A stretch of DNA of 43,241 bases from a virus: UHGV virus genome UHGV-0383738, one strand, 5' to 3'. A model generated the notes under the pieces. It saw nothing but the letters and a program-made list of their open reading frames with translations, did no database searches and had not been told where the DNA came from. The position numbers and the translations under genes were made by a program. Shown one piece after another: positions 1 through 6,743 of the stretch; the stretch's first letter is position 1, and each line of letters begins with the position of its first letter.

Positions 1-200
1 TGCTCCGCAGTACCCGGCTGTTGCTGCTCCGCATTCCCCGGCTGTTGCTGCTCCGCATTCCCCGGCTGTTGCTGCTCCGTAGTCCCCGGCTGTTGCTGCT
101 CCGCATTCCCCGGCTGTTGCTGCTCCGCGGTCCCCGGCTGTTGCTGCTCCGCGGTCCCCGGCTGTTGCTGCTCCGCATTCCCCGGCTGTTGCTGCTTTAG
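1..200. repeat. 24-bp tandem repeat array, about 8.3 units (unit TGCTGCTCCGCATTCCCCGGCTGT with variants GCAGTAC/GCGGTCC/GTAGTCC). It is coding on the minus strand as octapeptide repeats GAATAG[E/D/Y][C/R].
   Basis: The periodicity is directly visible in the sequence. The unit is 24 nt, and repeat phase is kept with the flanking minus-strand ORF (frame ...KAATAGECGAATAG...). Confidence 0.9.
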
Positions 201-537
201 ATTCTATACAAGTTGTTTTAACCTTTTCTTTGGTATATTTGATTGCTGCATTTACAACTCCAGCAATATTCAGTTGCGCACCAATGTGCATCTTTGTTGA
301 TGCAATTTTACTATCATCATCGTGTCTGCTTATATCTCCACTCTGCTCTACCTCACAATACACAGATTTTGATGGTGGATAATATTTAAAACAATCAAGT
401 GGGTATTCGCACGCATGCATTCCGCATTCACAAGCCACGGCTTTATCTTCCTCGTAATCCTTTCCTACTTCATATTGTTTATCTTTGCAGGTCATATCCT
501 TGTTAAAACCTTTATACGATTTTATTATTTCTTCCAT
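1..537 (-). CDS. Repeat-containing early protein, N-terminal part (start ATG at 537-535). It has a Cys/His-rich N domain (MEEIIKSYKGFNKDMTCKDKQYEVGKDYEEDKAVACECGMHACEYPLDCFKYYPPSKSVYCEVE...) followed by the (GAATAGxx)n repeats. The ORF runs off the window at position 1.
   Basis: There is a strong RBS AAAGGAGGAAAC-ATG, read on the minus strand (complement of 541-552). The ORF is not in the supplied track because its stop lies outside or across the window edge. I recognise the N-terminal motif as a recurrent Firmicutes phage DUF, but cannot name it with certainty. Confidence 0.6.
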   Translation of the reverse strand, partial: MEEIIKSYKGFNKDMTCKDKQYEVGKDYEEDKAVACECGMHACEYPLDCFKYYPPSKSVYCEVEQSGDISRHDDDSKIASTKMHIGAQLNIAGVVNAAIKYTKEKVKTTCIESKAATAGECGAATAGDRGAATAGDRGAATAGECGAATAGDYGAATAGECGAATAGECGAATAGYCGA

Positions 538-628
538 GTTTCCTCCTTTAATCTTGTCATTCCTACCCAACTCCTTTATAATTTAAGTACAGGCGTTGCC
601 GCGCCAAGTACATAAGAAAGAAAAAGAG

Positions 629-916
629 CTAGAAAAATAATTCATTATTCCCAGTGCAGATATGGCTTGAAAGAAAATCAAATTTATCCACACTTGATTT
701 TTCAACTACAGTCTTTTTTGAAATTTCTTTCGCCATATCTGCTGCTAATTCAAGTTCTGCTATCGTTAATCCGTTTTCGGCTGCAACAGCAATGATTTGC
801 ATTGCAATAAATTCTACCTTTTTTAAATTCTCCACCGCTTCACCTCCTACTAAGAATTTCCCAACTGCTGAACAGCTTCTGAAAAAGCTTGCCTTACAGA
901 TTGGCACGGAGAACAT
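629..916 (-). CDS. Hypothetical early protein. An alternative start at 802 (MQIIAVAAENGLTIAELELAADMAKEISKK...) would remove the overlap with the upstream gene.
   Basis: ORF-track entry. It lies in the minus-strand early operon downstream of the Cro-like gene. It has no recognisable domain. Confidence 0.35.
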   Translation of the reverse strand: MFSVPICKASFFRSCSAVGKFLVGGEAVENLKKVEFIAMQIIAVAAENGLTIAELELAADMAKEISKKTVVEKSSVDKFDFLSSHICTGNNELFF

Positions 917-1158
917 TTCTTTGTGGTTTCATCTTCTTCGTAGACGTGACTAATCAGAGTACTTGTTACCCTGTCAACCTTCCCATCTTCCAAAAATTCA
1001 AAATCATTCAAGTTAAAAGAAATGGTAATTTCTGGATTCCCACCTGCTTCATGAACATAAGAAACGGATGAAATACCTTTCCCTATAGATTTTCCACATA
1101 ATTCAAAATAGGTATGTTTTCCATCGCTCACCAACCTAAACTTTGGTCCATTCATCAT
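850..1158 (-). CDS. Hypothetical early protein (102 aa).
   Basis: Strong RBS AAGGAGGTG, read on the minus strand (complement of 1163-1171), just upstream of the ATGATG start. It follows the Cro-like gene stop immediately. Confidence 0.55.
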   Translation of the reverse strand: MMNGPKFRLVSDGKHTYFELCGKSIGKGISSVSYVHEAGGNPEITISFNLNDFEFLEDGKVDRVTSTLISHVYEEDETTKKCSPCQSVRQAFSEAVQQLGNS

Positions 1159-1170
1159 TTTTCACCTCCT

Positions 1171-1356
1171 TTAAGAAATAAGCTTGTCCACTTTGACTTT
1201 TAAAACATCTGCAACCGCTTTAAGGCTTTTTACAGTCGGACTTGAATCATTCCATTTGCTAATAGCACCGTTTTTAAGTCCAGCAGTTGTTTCTACTTGT
1301 CGAACACTAATACCTTTTTCTTCACATATTGCTTTAATCCTATCGTAAATCAGCAA
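1171..1356 (-). CDS. Cro-like XRE-family HTH regulator (61 aa, TTG start). It is the first gene of the leftward early transcript.
   Basis: HTH_3-type sequence (ICEEKGISVRQVETTAGLKNGAISKWNDSSPTVKSLKAVADVL). RBS AAGGAGG lies 8 nt before the TTG. It is divergent from the CI-like gene across an operator-rich intergenic region. Confidence 0.7.
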   Translation of the reverse strand: MLIYDRIKAICEEKGISVRQVETTAGLKNGAISKWNDSSPTVKSLKAVADVLKVKVDKLIS

Positions 1357-1374
1357 CTTATATCCTCCTTTCTT

Positions 1375-1390
1375 TTAGAAAAAATTCTAC
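1375..1390. promoter_or_regulatory. Operator copy 1 (TTAGAAAAAATTCTAC), a palindromic half-site pair TAGAA/TTCTA.
   Basis: 16-bp near-palindrome seen directly. It matches copies 2 and 3 at 15/16 positions and abuts the -35 of the rightward promoter. Confidence 0.55.
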
Positions 1391-1398
1391 CTTATATA

Positions 1399-1427
1399 TT
1401 GACATGATGTAGATTTTATTCTATAAT
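1399..1427 (+). promoter_or_regulatory. Sigma-A-type promoter for the lysogeny operon (TTGACA, 17-nt spacer, TATAAT).
   Basis: TTGACA at 1399-1404 and TATAAT at 1422-1427 with exactly 17 nt between them. Confidence 0.6.
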
Positions 1428-1468
1428 CAAGTTACCAGCAAAATCATAGACAACATCAAAATCTGTAT

Positions 1469-1484
1469 TTTACATTTGGTAGAA
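1469..1484. promoter_or_regulatory. Operator copy 2 (GTAGAATTTTTTCTAC), a perfect half-site palindrome.
   Basis: Seen directly. GTAGAA and TTCTAC are reverse complements. Confidence 0.55.
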
Positions 1485-1544
1485 TTTTTTCTACTCCATA
1501 TATCTGTATTATACAGACTATATTCTATGTTGTCAATAGTTTTT

Positions 1545-1560
1545 GTAGACTTTTTTCTAC
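1545..1560. promoter_or_regulatory. Operator copy 3 (GTAGACTTTTTTCTAC), overlapping the leader/RBS region of the CI-like gene.
   Basis: Matches copy 2 at 15/16 positions. It lies 8 nt upstream of the AGGAGG RBS of the 1579 gene. Confidence 0.55.
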
Positions 1561-1578
1561 TTTTATTAGGAGGCCACC

Positions 1579-1959
1579 ATGACAACATATGATATAATTT
1601 CTGACCTTTGCAAACAACGCGGAATTGCGATTACGGCCTTAGAAAAGGAATTGGGATTTGGAAGGGGGTATATTGGTAAATTTAAGACCAGAGGCACAAG
1701 CCCGACAATAAAAAAACTCCAACAAATAGCTGACTATTTTGGAGTGTCGGTCAATGATTTAATGCCCGGAAACGAGAAAGCAGAAGCTGACAGATACTAT
1801 ATCAATCCAGAAACTGCGGCCATAGCACAAGACATTTTCGAGAATAAAGAACTGCGTCTGCTATTCGATGCTGCCAGGGATGCAACGGTAGATGATTTGA
1901 AAACTACACATGATATGCTTTTAGCTTTGAAAAGAAAGGAACGAGGCAATGTCGATTGA
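1579..1959 (+). CDS. CI-like phage repressor (126 aa) with an N-terminal XRE HTH plus a C-terminal oligomerisation-type extension.
   Basis: HTH_3 motif (LCKQRGIAITALEKELGFGRGYIGKFKTRGTSPTIKKLQQIADYFGVSVNDL). RBS AGGAGG. It is the first gene of the plus-strand operon that ends with the integrase. Confidence 0.7.
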   Translation: MTTYDIISDLCKQRGIAITALEKELGFGRGYIGKFKTRGTSPTIKKLQQIADYFGVSVNDLMPGNEKAEADRYYINPETAAIAQDIFENKELRLLFDAARDATVDDLKTTHDMLLALKRKERGNVD

Positions 1960-2179
1960 CTACAACGTCCAATTGATTAGCTTTCCATCTGGAAAAATAC
2001 ATGAAGCTGTAACGCCCAATGAGGATGGAACCGTTACTATATTTTTAGATAAAAATGCAACCAGGGAATCTCAAAGACAAAGGTTCTGGCATGTTATGAG
2101 GCACTTAGAGGGAAATGATTTTGAAAAAGATGATGTACAAGATATTGAGTGTGATGCTCATTCTGGAGGAATCTCATGA
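1949..2179 (+). CDS. Small protein (76 aa) translationally coupled on both sides. Function unknown.
   Basis: Overlaps the upstream gene by 11 nt and the downstream gene by ATGA. It contains WHVMRHLEGNDF but no clean HExxH, so an ImmA-like assignment is not supported. Confidence 0.45.
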   Translation: MSIDYNVQLISFPSGKIHEAVTPNEDGTVTIFLDKNATRESQRQRFWHVMRHLEGNDFEKDDVQDIECDAHSGGIS

Positions 2180-3114
2180 GTATTAAAGGAACTACAAAAG
2201 AATGGTACGTGGGGAAAAATAAGTCAACATTATTTAATTGGTCTGGAAAAAGATTGGATTTTAGATACGATGACCTAAATAAAATTACATATTTTTTTGC
2301 CGATAAAACCAGTGTTGGAAATGTTACTTTTATAAAAAAAACGGATGAAAAAATCTTATTTGATTTTAGATATAAATCAAATGATGCTGTACTAAGGGCA
2401 ATTAATTTAATAGAAGAAAACAACCCAAATGTATTATTTCAAAAAGTTGAATCAGTAAAAAGCACTGAGCATACTCAATCAAAATACAAATTATGTAAAT
2501 TCTGCAAGACGGAAATACCAATAAAGGCTACCATATGCCCGAATTGTAAAAAAAGTCAAAACCAAGGTTGTATAATAGTATTTTTATTTATCATACTTTT
2601 TTTAATATTTTTTGCGGTGTTTTCTACATTACTTACAAAGAACAAGACAACTCCCCCAAAAAATAATGATATTATATATCAAAATACTGTTAATGCATCC
2701 TCTGAAACAACCGCTTATGAAGAAGAGACAAATACATTCAATGTAGGAGATTTGTTTGAATCAGAAAAACTTAATATTTCATATTTAGACAGAGGAGACT
2801 ATTCATCAGATAACATGTTTATCGAACCCGCATCTGGAAACAAATTTATTTTTATTGATTTATCAATACAGAATACCGGAGATACAGATTTATCAGTAGG
2901 AAGTACTTCATTTACATGCTATGCTGATGATACCAAATGTTCACAATCGGTTGTTACTGCGGATGACCAAATGGATATTATTGCAACAGTTTCTCCAAAA
3001 AAATATTTAAAAGGAAAAATATATTTTGAAGTTCCAAAAGATTCTCAGAATATAGAGGTTGAATTTGAAACCAGTTTTTGGACACAGGAGAAAATATATT
3101 TCATAGTCAAATAA
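2176..3114 (+). CDS. Membrane protein of 312 aa. It has a cytoplasmic N domain, a zinc ribbon (CKFCK..CPNCK), one TM helix and an extracytoplasmic DUF4352-like Ig-fold domain. It is a candidate lysogenic-conversion or superinfection-exclusion gene.
   Basis: The domain order is read from the translation. The gene is markedly AT-rich relative to its neighbours, so moron-like. It sits between the repressor and integrase genes. Confidence 0.6.
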   Translation: MSIKGTTKEWYVGKNKSTLFNWSGKRLDFRYDDLNKITYFFADKTSVGNVTFIKKTDEKILFDFRYKSNDAVLRAINLIEENNPNVLFQKVESVKSTEHTQSKYKLCKFCKTEIPIKATICPNCKKSQNQGCIIVFLFIILFLIFFAVFSTLLTKNKTTPPKNNDIIYQNTVNASSETTAYEEETNTFNVGDLFESEKLNISYLDRGDYSSDNMFIEPASGNKFIFIDLSIQNTGDTDLSVGSTSFTCYADDTKCSQSVVTADDQMDIIATVSPKKYLKGKIYFEVPKDSQNIEVEFETSFWTQEKIYFIVK

Positions 3115-3279
3115 AACAAAACCGGCTCCTGCGCCAACAGGAACCGGCCCACATACCCGAAGATATGCACTATAATTCGCACCTATATTGTACCATCTTC
3201 GGGGCGGCTTTGCAAGATATTTGCGGAGCTGTATTTTTTATACCCATTTTAGGGAAATCAATTGAAGGAGGAAAGAGAA

Positions 3280-4353
3280 ATGACAAAGAAAGCCCCGAAA
3301 AAGAAAATAGGAGAACTACCGTCTGGAAATGTCCGAGTACAGTTATATTTATATACGGACGAAAAAGGCAAGCGGCATTACAAAAGCTTTGTTGCCGCGT
3401 CACGCAAGGAAGCAAAGGAAATGGCTACCCGATGGAAATTAGATATGAAAGATAAGCCCATAGAGCAATACAATGAACTGGATGAGGACGAGGACGAAGA
3501 TATTACAGTCAATGATGCTATTGAACGCTATTTGAACGTCAAGAGCGGCGTTTTAAGCCCTTCTACGCTTAGAGGGTACACTGGTATGAAAAGACAGTAT
3601 TTCGGCGGCGCATTTGGTCAAAAAAAGCTTTCAGAACTGACAAGTCCATCTGTGCAAATATGGGTAAGTAATTTAGCTGCGAAAAAACTATCTCCAAAGA
3701 CGGTAAGAAATGCCTATGGTCTGTTATCTCCAACACTGGAAATGTTTGCACCCGAATTAACTTTAAACGTTAAACTGCCGCAGAAAAAACGTCCTAACTT
3801 ATATTGCCCCAATGACAATGATATTAAAAAGTTGCTGGACGCTATTAAAGGCACTGATTTGGAGATAGCTGTATTATTGGCTGCGTTTGGTCCACTTAGG
3901 AGAGGGGAGATAAGCGCTCTAACTGATAAGGACGTGGATGAAAAAATTATCCATGTAAGAGATAATATGGTCAAGGGGCCAGACAATCAATGGTACATCA
4001 AACAGCCTAAAACGGATGACAGTGCCCGGGACGTAGAAATGCCAGCATTTGTAATTGACCGGATATCTGAAAAAAAAGGAAAATTGGTTGACATGAACCC
4101 GGATTACATCACACACAGATTCGGACGGGTACTCAAAAAGATTGATATACCCCATTTCCGCTTTCACGACCTCCGGCATTATGCTGCATCCATTATGCAC
4201 GCCATAGGGATACCGGACCAATATATTTTGCAGCGGGGAGGATGGGCCAGCGATAATATCATGAAAACTGTATATAGAAATGCAATTGACTCTGAAACCG
4301 TCCGGCAAAATAAAAAAATTAATAAGCACTTTGAGAAATTGAACAGTATGTAA
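3280..4353 (+). CDS. int: Tyrosine site-specific integrase (the ORF-track TTG at 3262 is probably not the real start; ATG at 3280 sits behind AGGAGG).
   Basis: C-terminal catalytic motifs HDLRHY...GGW...VYRN (R-H-R-Y tyrosine recombinase signature), N-terminal SAM-like domain, and position next to attP. Confidence 0.9.
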   Translation: MTKKAPKKKIGELPSGNVRVQLYLYTDEKGKRHYKSFVAASRKEAKEMATRWKLDMKDKPIEQYNELDEDEDEDITVNDAIERYLNVKSGVLSPSTLRGYTGMKRQYFGGAFGQKKLSELTSPSVQIWVSNLAAKKLSPKTVRNAYGLLSPTLEMFAPELTLNVKLPQKKRPNLYCPNDNDIKKLLDAIKGTDLEIAVLLAAFGPLRRGEISALTDKDVDEKIIHVRDNMVKGPDNQWYIKQPKTDDSARDVEMPAFVIDRISEKKGKLVDMNPDYITHRFGRVLKKIDIPHFRFHDLRHYAASIMHAIGIPDQYILQRGGWASDNIMKTVYRNAIDSETVRQNKKINKHFEKLNSM

Positions 4354-4370
4354 TAAAACAGCATATTTTT

Positions 4371-4384
4371 CGTGTTGCATATAT
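4371..4384. repeat. Arm-type direct repeat copy 1 (CGTGTTGCATATAT) in the attP-like region.
   Basis: The same 12-mer core CGTGTTGCAT(A/T)T recurs twice in tandem at 4555-4580. Confidence 0.5.
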
Positions 4385-4497
4385 CATAAAAAATATAATA
4401 TAATCCTCCGTGATAGGCAGGGGAAGTAATGTTTAAAAACATGAAAAAACCTTGTAAATACGTTGTTTTTCCCGTATCTACAAGGTTTTATGGAAAA

Positions 4498-4521
4498 GCT
4501 GCTGACGGGAATCGGACCCGT
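4498..4521 (-). other. tRNA 3'-end-like segment (ACGGG-TCCGATT-CCCGT-CAGCAGC), the candidate attP core.
   Basis: 5-bp T-stem, 7-nt T-loop-like sequence and a 7-nt acceptor-like strand, with no 5' half. It lies between the arm-type repeats. The T-loop deviates from consensus (TCCGATT), so confidence is low. Confidence 0.3.
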
Positions 4522-4554
4522 AAAATACAACGGTTTTATGCGGTTTCCAGGCTC

Positions 4555-4580
4555 CGTGTTGCATTTCGTGTTGCATATTT
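4555..4580. repeat. Arm-type direct repeat copies 2 and 3 in tandem (CGTGTTGCATTT CGTGTTGCATATTT).
   Basis: Seen directly. Same core as 4371-4384. Confidence 0.5.
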
Positions 4581-4604
4581 CCGAAGATGGTATATTATAT
4601 GGAA

Positions 4605-4631
4605 GCGTCAGAGTTAGGTTCTGGCGCTTTT
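4605..4631 (+). terminator. Rho-independent terminator ending the plus-strand lysogeny transcript (stem GCGTCAGA/TCTGGCGC, loop GTTAGG, then TTTT).
   Basis: 8-bp stem with one G.U pair plus a T-run. The T-run overlaps the endolysin stop codon in convergent orientation. Confidence 0.55.
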
Positions 4632-5376
4632 ATATTGAATCAGAATCCTCTATGTACCAGATTCCCTGGGAACCATTTTCCTGACTATGCCAGCAGGCCC
4701 CCTCCAGCGGACCATCTGATGTTGGGTCGAAATAGTACCAGTCACCTGAGCCGTCCTCTGGGTCGCACACACTGCCATTCCAGCGGTGCCAGCTAGTGCA
4801 AGCATACCCGTCTTTGTTAAATAGGTACCAATGGTGATTTATGACACACCACTTATTAGCTGGGCAAGTTCCATCTGGTCTGCGGTACCACCAGCCATTA
4901 TTGTCTTTAATCCACCCAGTGCGCTCCTGCTCAGTCCAGGTTTTCATGAATTGTTCTGGATTTTGGTACAATTTCTTGATACCACTGGTGGAGCTACCCC
5001 AATCAGGCAGTTGAAAATGTGGCTTGTCCACAGGAGACTTCCAGTTTCCTCCCCATTCAAGACCGATAGATACGCCAATAGCACCCACACGGTTAAAGAA
5101 TCCGCCTATTTCGTTATAGGCTCCAGCGCCATCATTGCGGAATATATCAAAAGCTGTCCCCCACTGATGATAGGAGCTGTAGCTGCTGCCGGGAGCATTA
5201 GTTACAATGTTACCCGGTTTAGTCCTACCCTGAGCGTATAGTGCATCCTGTTCTGCCACGGTCCGAAGTGTCTCGCCTATCTTAATTTTTAATCCCTGTT
5301 TATTACATTCATCCACCAACTGACCTGCTAAAAGCTGCAGACGTGAATGGCACAATGTGATATCTCTCATAATCAT
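4630..5376 (-). CDS. Endolysin with an N-terminal M15-family (VanY/L-Ala-D-Glu peptidase-like) domain and C-terminal GW/WYY cell-wall-binding repeats.
   Basis: TVAEQDALYAQGRTKPGNIVTNAPGSSYSSYHQWGTAFDI resembles peptidase_M15. The C-terminus carries repeated GWxxxxGxWYY-type motifs. The start is probably ATG 5376 or 5370, coupled to the XkdX stop (ATGA overlap) behind GGAGG. Confidence 0.85.
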   Translation of the reverse strand: MIMRDITLCHSRLQLLAGQLVDECNKQGLKIKIGETLRTVAEQDALYAQGRTKPGNIVTNAPGSSYSSYHQWGTAFDIFRNDGAGAYNEIGGFFNRVGAIGVSIGLEWGGNWKSPVDKPHFQLPDWGSSTSGIKKLYQNPEQFMKTWTEQERTGWIKDNNGWWYRRPDGTCPANKWCVINHHWYLFNKDGYACTSWHRWNGSVCDPEDGSGDWYYFDPTSDGPLEGACWHSQENGSQGIWYIEDSDSI

Positions 5377-5498
5377 CCTCCAATTATGCTGTTCTTCTGC
5401 TGCTCTGTAATCCACCCAATTGACACGGCCCGGTTAAGTTCGGAAACGGTTAAGGGTCCTTTGCCATTGTTATATAGCCTTTTTAATGTTGTATACAT
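5373..5498 (-). CDS. xkdX: XkdX-family small phage protein (41 aa: MYTTLKRLYNNGKGPLTVSELNRAVSIGWITEQQKNSIIGG).
   Basis: Not in the ORF track (shorter than 60 aa). RBS GGAGG lies 6 nt upstream of the ATG at 5498. The conserved C-terminal ...GWIT.E.YK.ITG-like motif of the XkdX family is present. Its stop overlaps the endolysin start. Confidence 0.6.
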   Translation of the reverse strand: MYTTLKRLYNNGKGPLTVSELNRAVSIGWITEQQKNSIIGG

Positions 5499-5499
5499 A

Positions 5500-5949
5500 T
5501 CACACCTCCAACTGGCTTAAAATTATTGCGTCTACTGTATCTTGCAAGGTCTGCACTGTATCCCGTATATCCGGCCTACGAAGCTTTGCAACCATAATGG
5601 TATCCTTCACTTCGCTGGTTGTATAATTTGGCTCTTCCTCGGTGCCAGTATTTATTGTATCGGAAGATATGACATAATCTATTTTCTTTTGCATCTCTAC
5701 CAGCCGAGTAAACCCGGTTTTTACTTCCATCGGCTGACCGTCCAAACCAAGTATGTAAATTTTTGCTGTATGTAAAGGATTGAATTCTGATTCTACCGTT
5801 TCAAAACTGTCTAGGCCAGGAAGAAACGACAGGGTTAGGTATTCGCCTGATTCTTCCACCCCGTTTGTTATTAAGTCGTATTTTGTGTTGTTTGATAATT
5901 TTAATTGGTTCATTTGACTCCTTTCGTGGATATGGTTTTTATATAGCAA
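5500..5949 (-). CDS. Hypothetical protein in the XkdW-like position (between the fibre genes and XkdX).
   Basis: ORF-track entry on the late strand. No domain recognised. Confidence 0.5.
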   Translation of the reverse strand: MLYKNHIHERSQMNQLKLSNNTKYDLITNGVEESGEYLTLSFLPGLDSFETVESEFNPLHTAKIYILGLDGQPMEVKTGFTRLVEMQKKIDYVISSDTINTGTEEEPNYTTSEVKDTIMVAKLRRPDIRDTVQTLQDTVDAIILSQLEV

Positions 5950-6164
5950 ATAGCAATTTAGTTAGTAAATTAGGTACTGGGTCATTTACGTTCACCCGGT
6001 GTCAGAAAATGATAATCTTTGTAAACGAAAACCTCCAAGGGATAACACTGGAATTTATTTTTAACGAAGAATGGTCACGTTTACTTACATTCTCTAACGA
6101 TAGAATAACATATGCATCCAGAGACAGAAAAACCGGAACAGATTCCGTAATATGGACAAAATGA

Positions 6165-6731
6165 TTATTTTGTGCTGAAAGCATACAGATTGGTAAGGAT
6201 TGGAACCTGATTATCATAACCGACAAATTTTATGGCATCTCCCTTCCGCACCGCAAAGCAAACTGGCGCAAAAGAATTGGTTGCTGCATCATTATTGACC
6301 CAAAATATAGTTATGCTATTAACTGATACATAACATCCATGGGCTGAACTATTAAAGCCTATGGAACCACAGACTATACAATTTTCTGTGGCCGTCCAAC
6401 TGATTCCATTGGCAAACCCATCTTTGATTTTTTTGCTGGTATCTATGTATGGTAAATTGCTATTTGCAGTAGCAATATCCTCTTTGTTTTTTGTGATTTC
6501 TTGCTGCATTGCATAGGCCAACGAGGATGACGGAACAGTGTTATCAGAATTTGTTTGAACGGTTGAAATTAATGTTTTTAAAGCATCAATGATTTCATTG
6601 GCTTTTGCAACCGTTTCTTCAAGTTTATTTTCGGTTTTATTCAGATTATCAGCATCAATATCTGGTTCAGAATTATTTACATAATTAGTTGGATTATAGA
6701 TATCCATTTTTTCTAAATTTTTGATTGCCAT
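6165..6731 (-). CDS. Tail fibre/receptor-binding tip protein with an N-terminal coiled coil. AT-rich.
   Basis: Coiled-coil N-terminus (NKTENKLEETVAKANEIIDALKTLISTVQ) and a beta-rich C-terminus. It sits at the distal end of the tail module and has low GC relative to its neighbours. Confidence 0.5.
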   Translation of the reverse strand: MAIKNLEKMDIYNPTNYVNNSEPDIDADNLNKTENKLEETVAKANEIIDALKTLISTVQTNSDNTVPSSSLAYAMQQEITKNKEDIATANSNLPYIDTSKKIKDGFANGISWTATENCIVCGSIGFNSSAHGCYVSVNSITIFWVNNDAATNSFAPVCFAVRKGDAIKFVGYDNQVPILTNLYAFSTK

Positions 6732-6743
6732 GTATGCCTCCTG

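Noticed and set aside
1-200. Terminal tandem repeats as a CRISPR array.
   Set aside because: The units are contiguous 24-mers with no spacers, are in phase with an ORF, and encode an octapeptide repeat. There are no cas genes.
1949-2179. ImmA/IrrE-type anti-repressor protease call for the 76-aa ORF, based on its position after the repressor.
   Set aside because: It is too short and has no HExxH motif. Only WHVMRH is present.
4498-4521. A genuine tRNA gene in the attP region.
   Set aside because: Only a T-arm/acceptor-like 3' fragment is present, with a non-canonical T-loop. There is no 5' half.
4429-4796. ORF-track entries 4429..4617, 4463..4684 and 4587..4796.
   Set aside because: They lie in the attP-like non-coding region. 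They have no RBS and non-protein-like composition, and they overlap each other.
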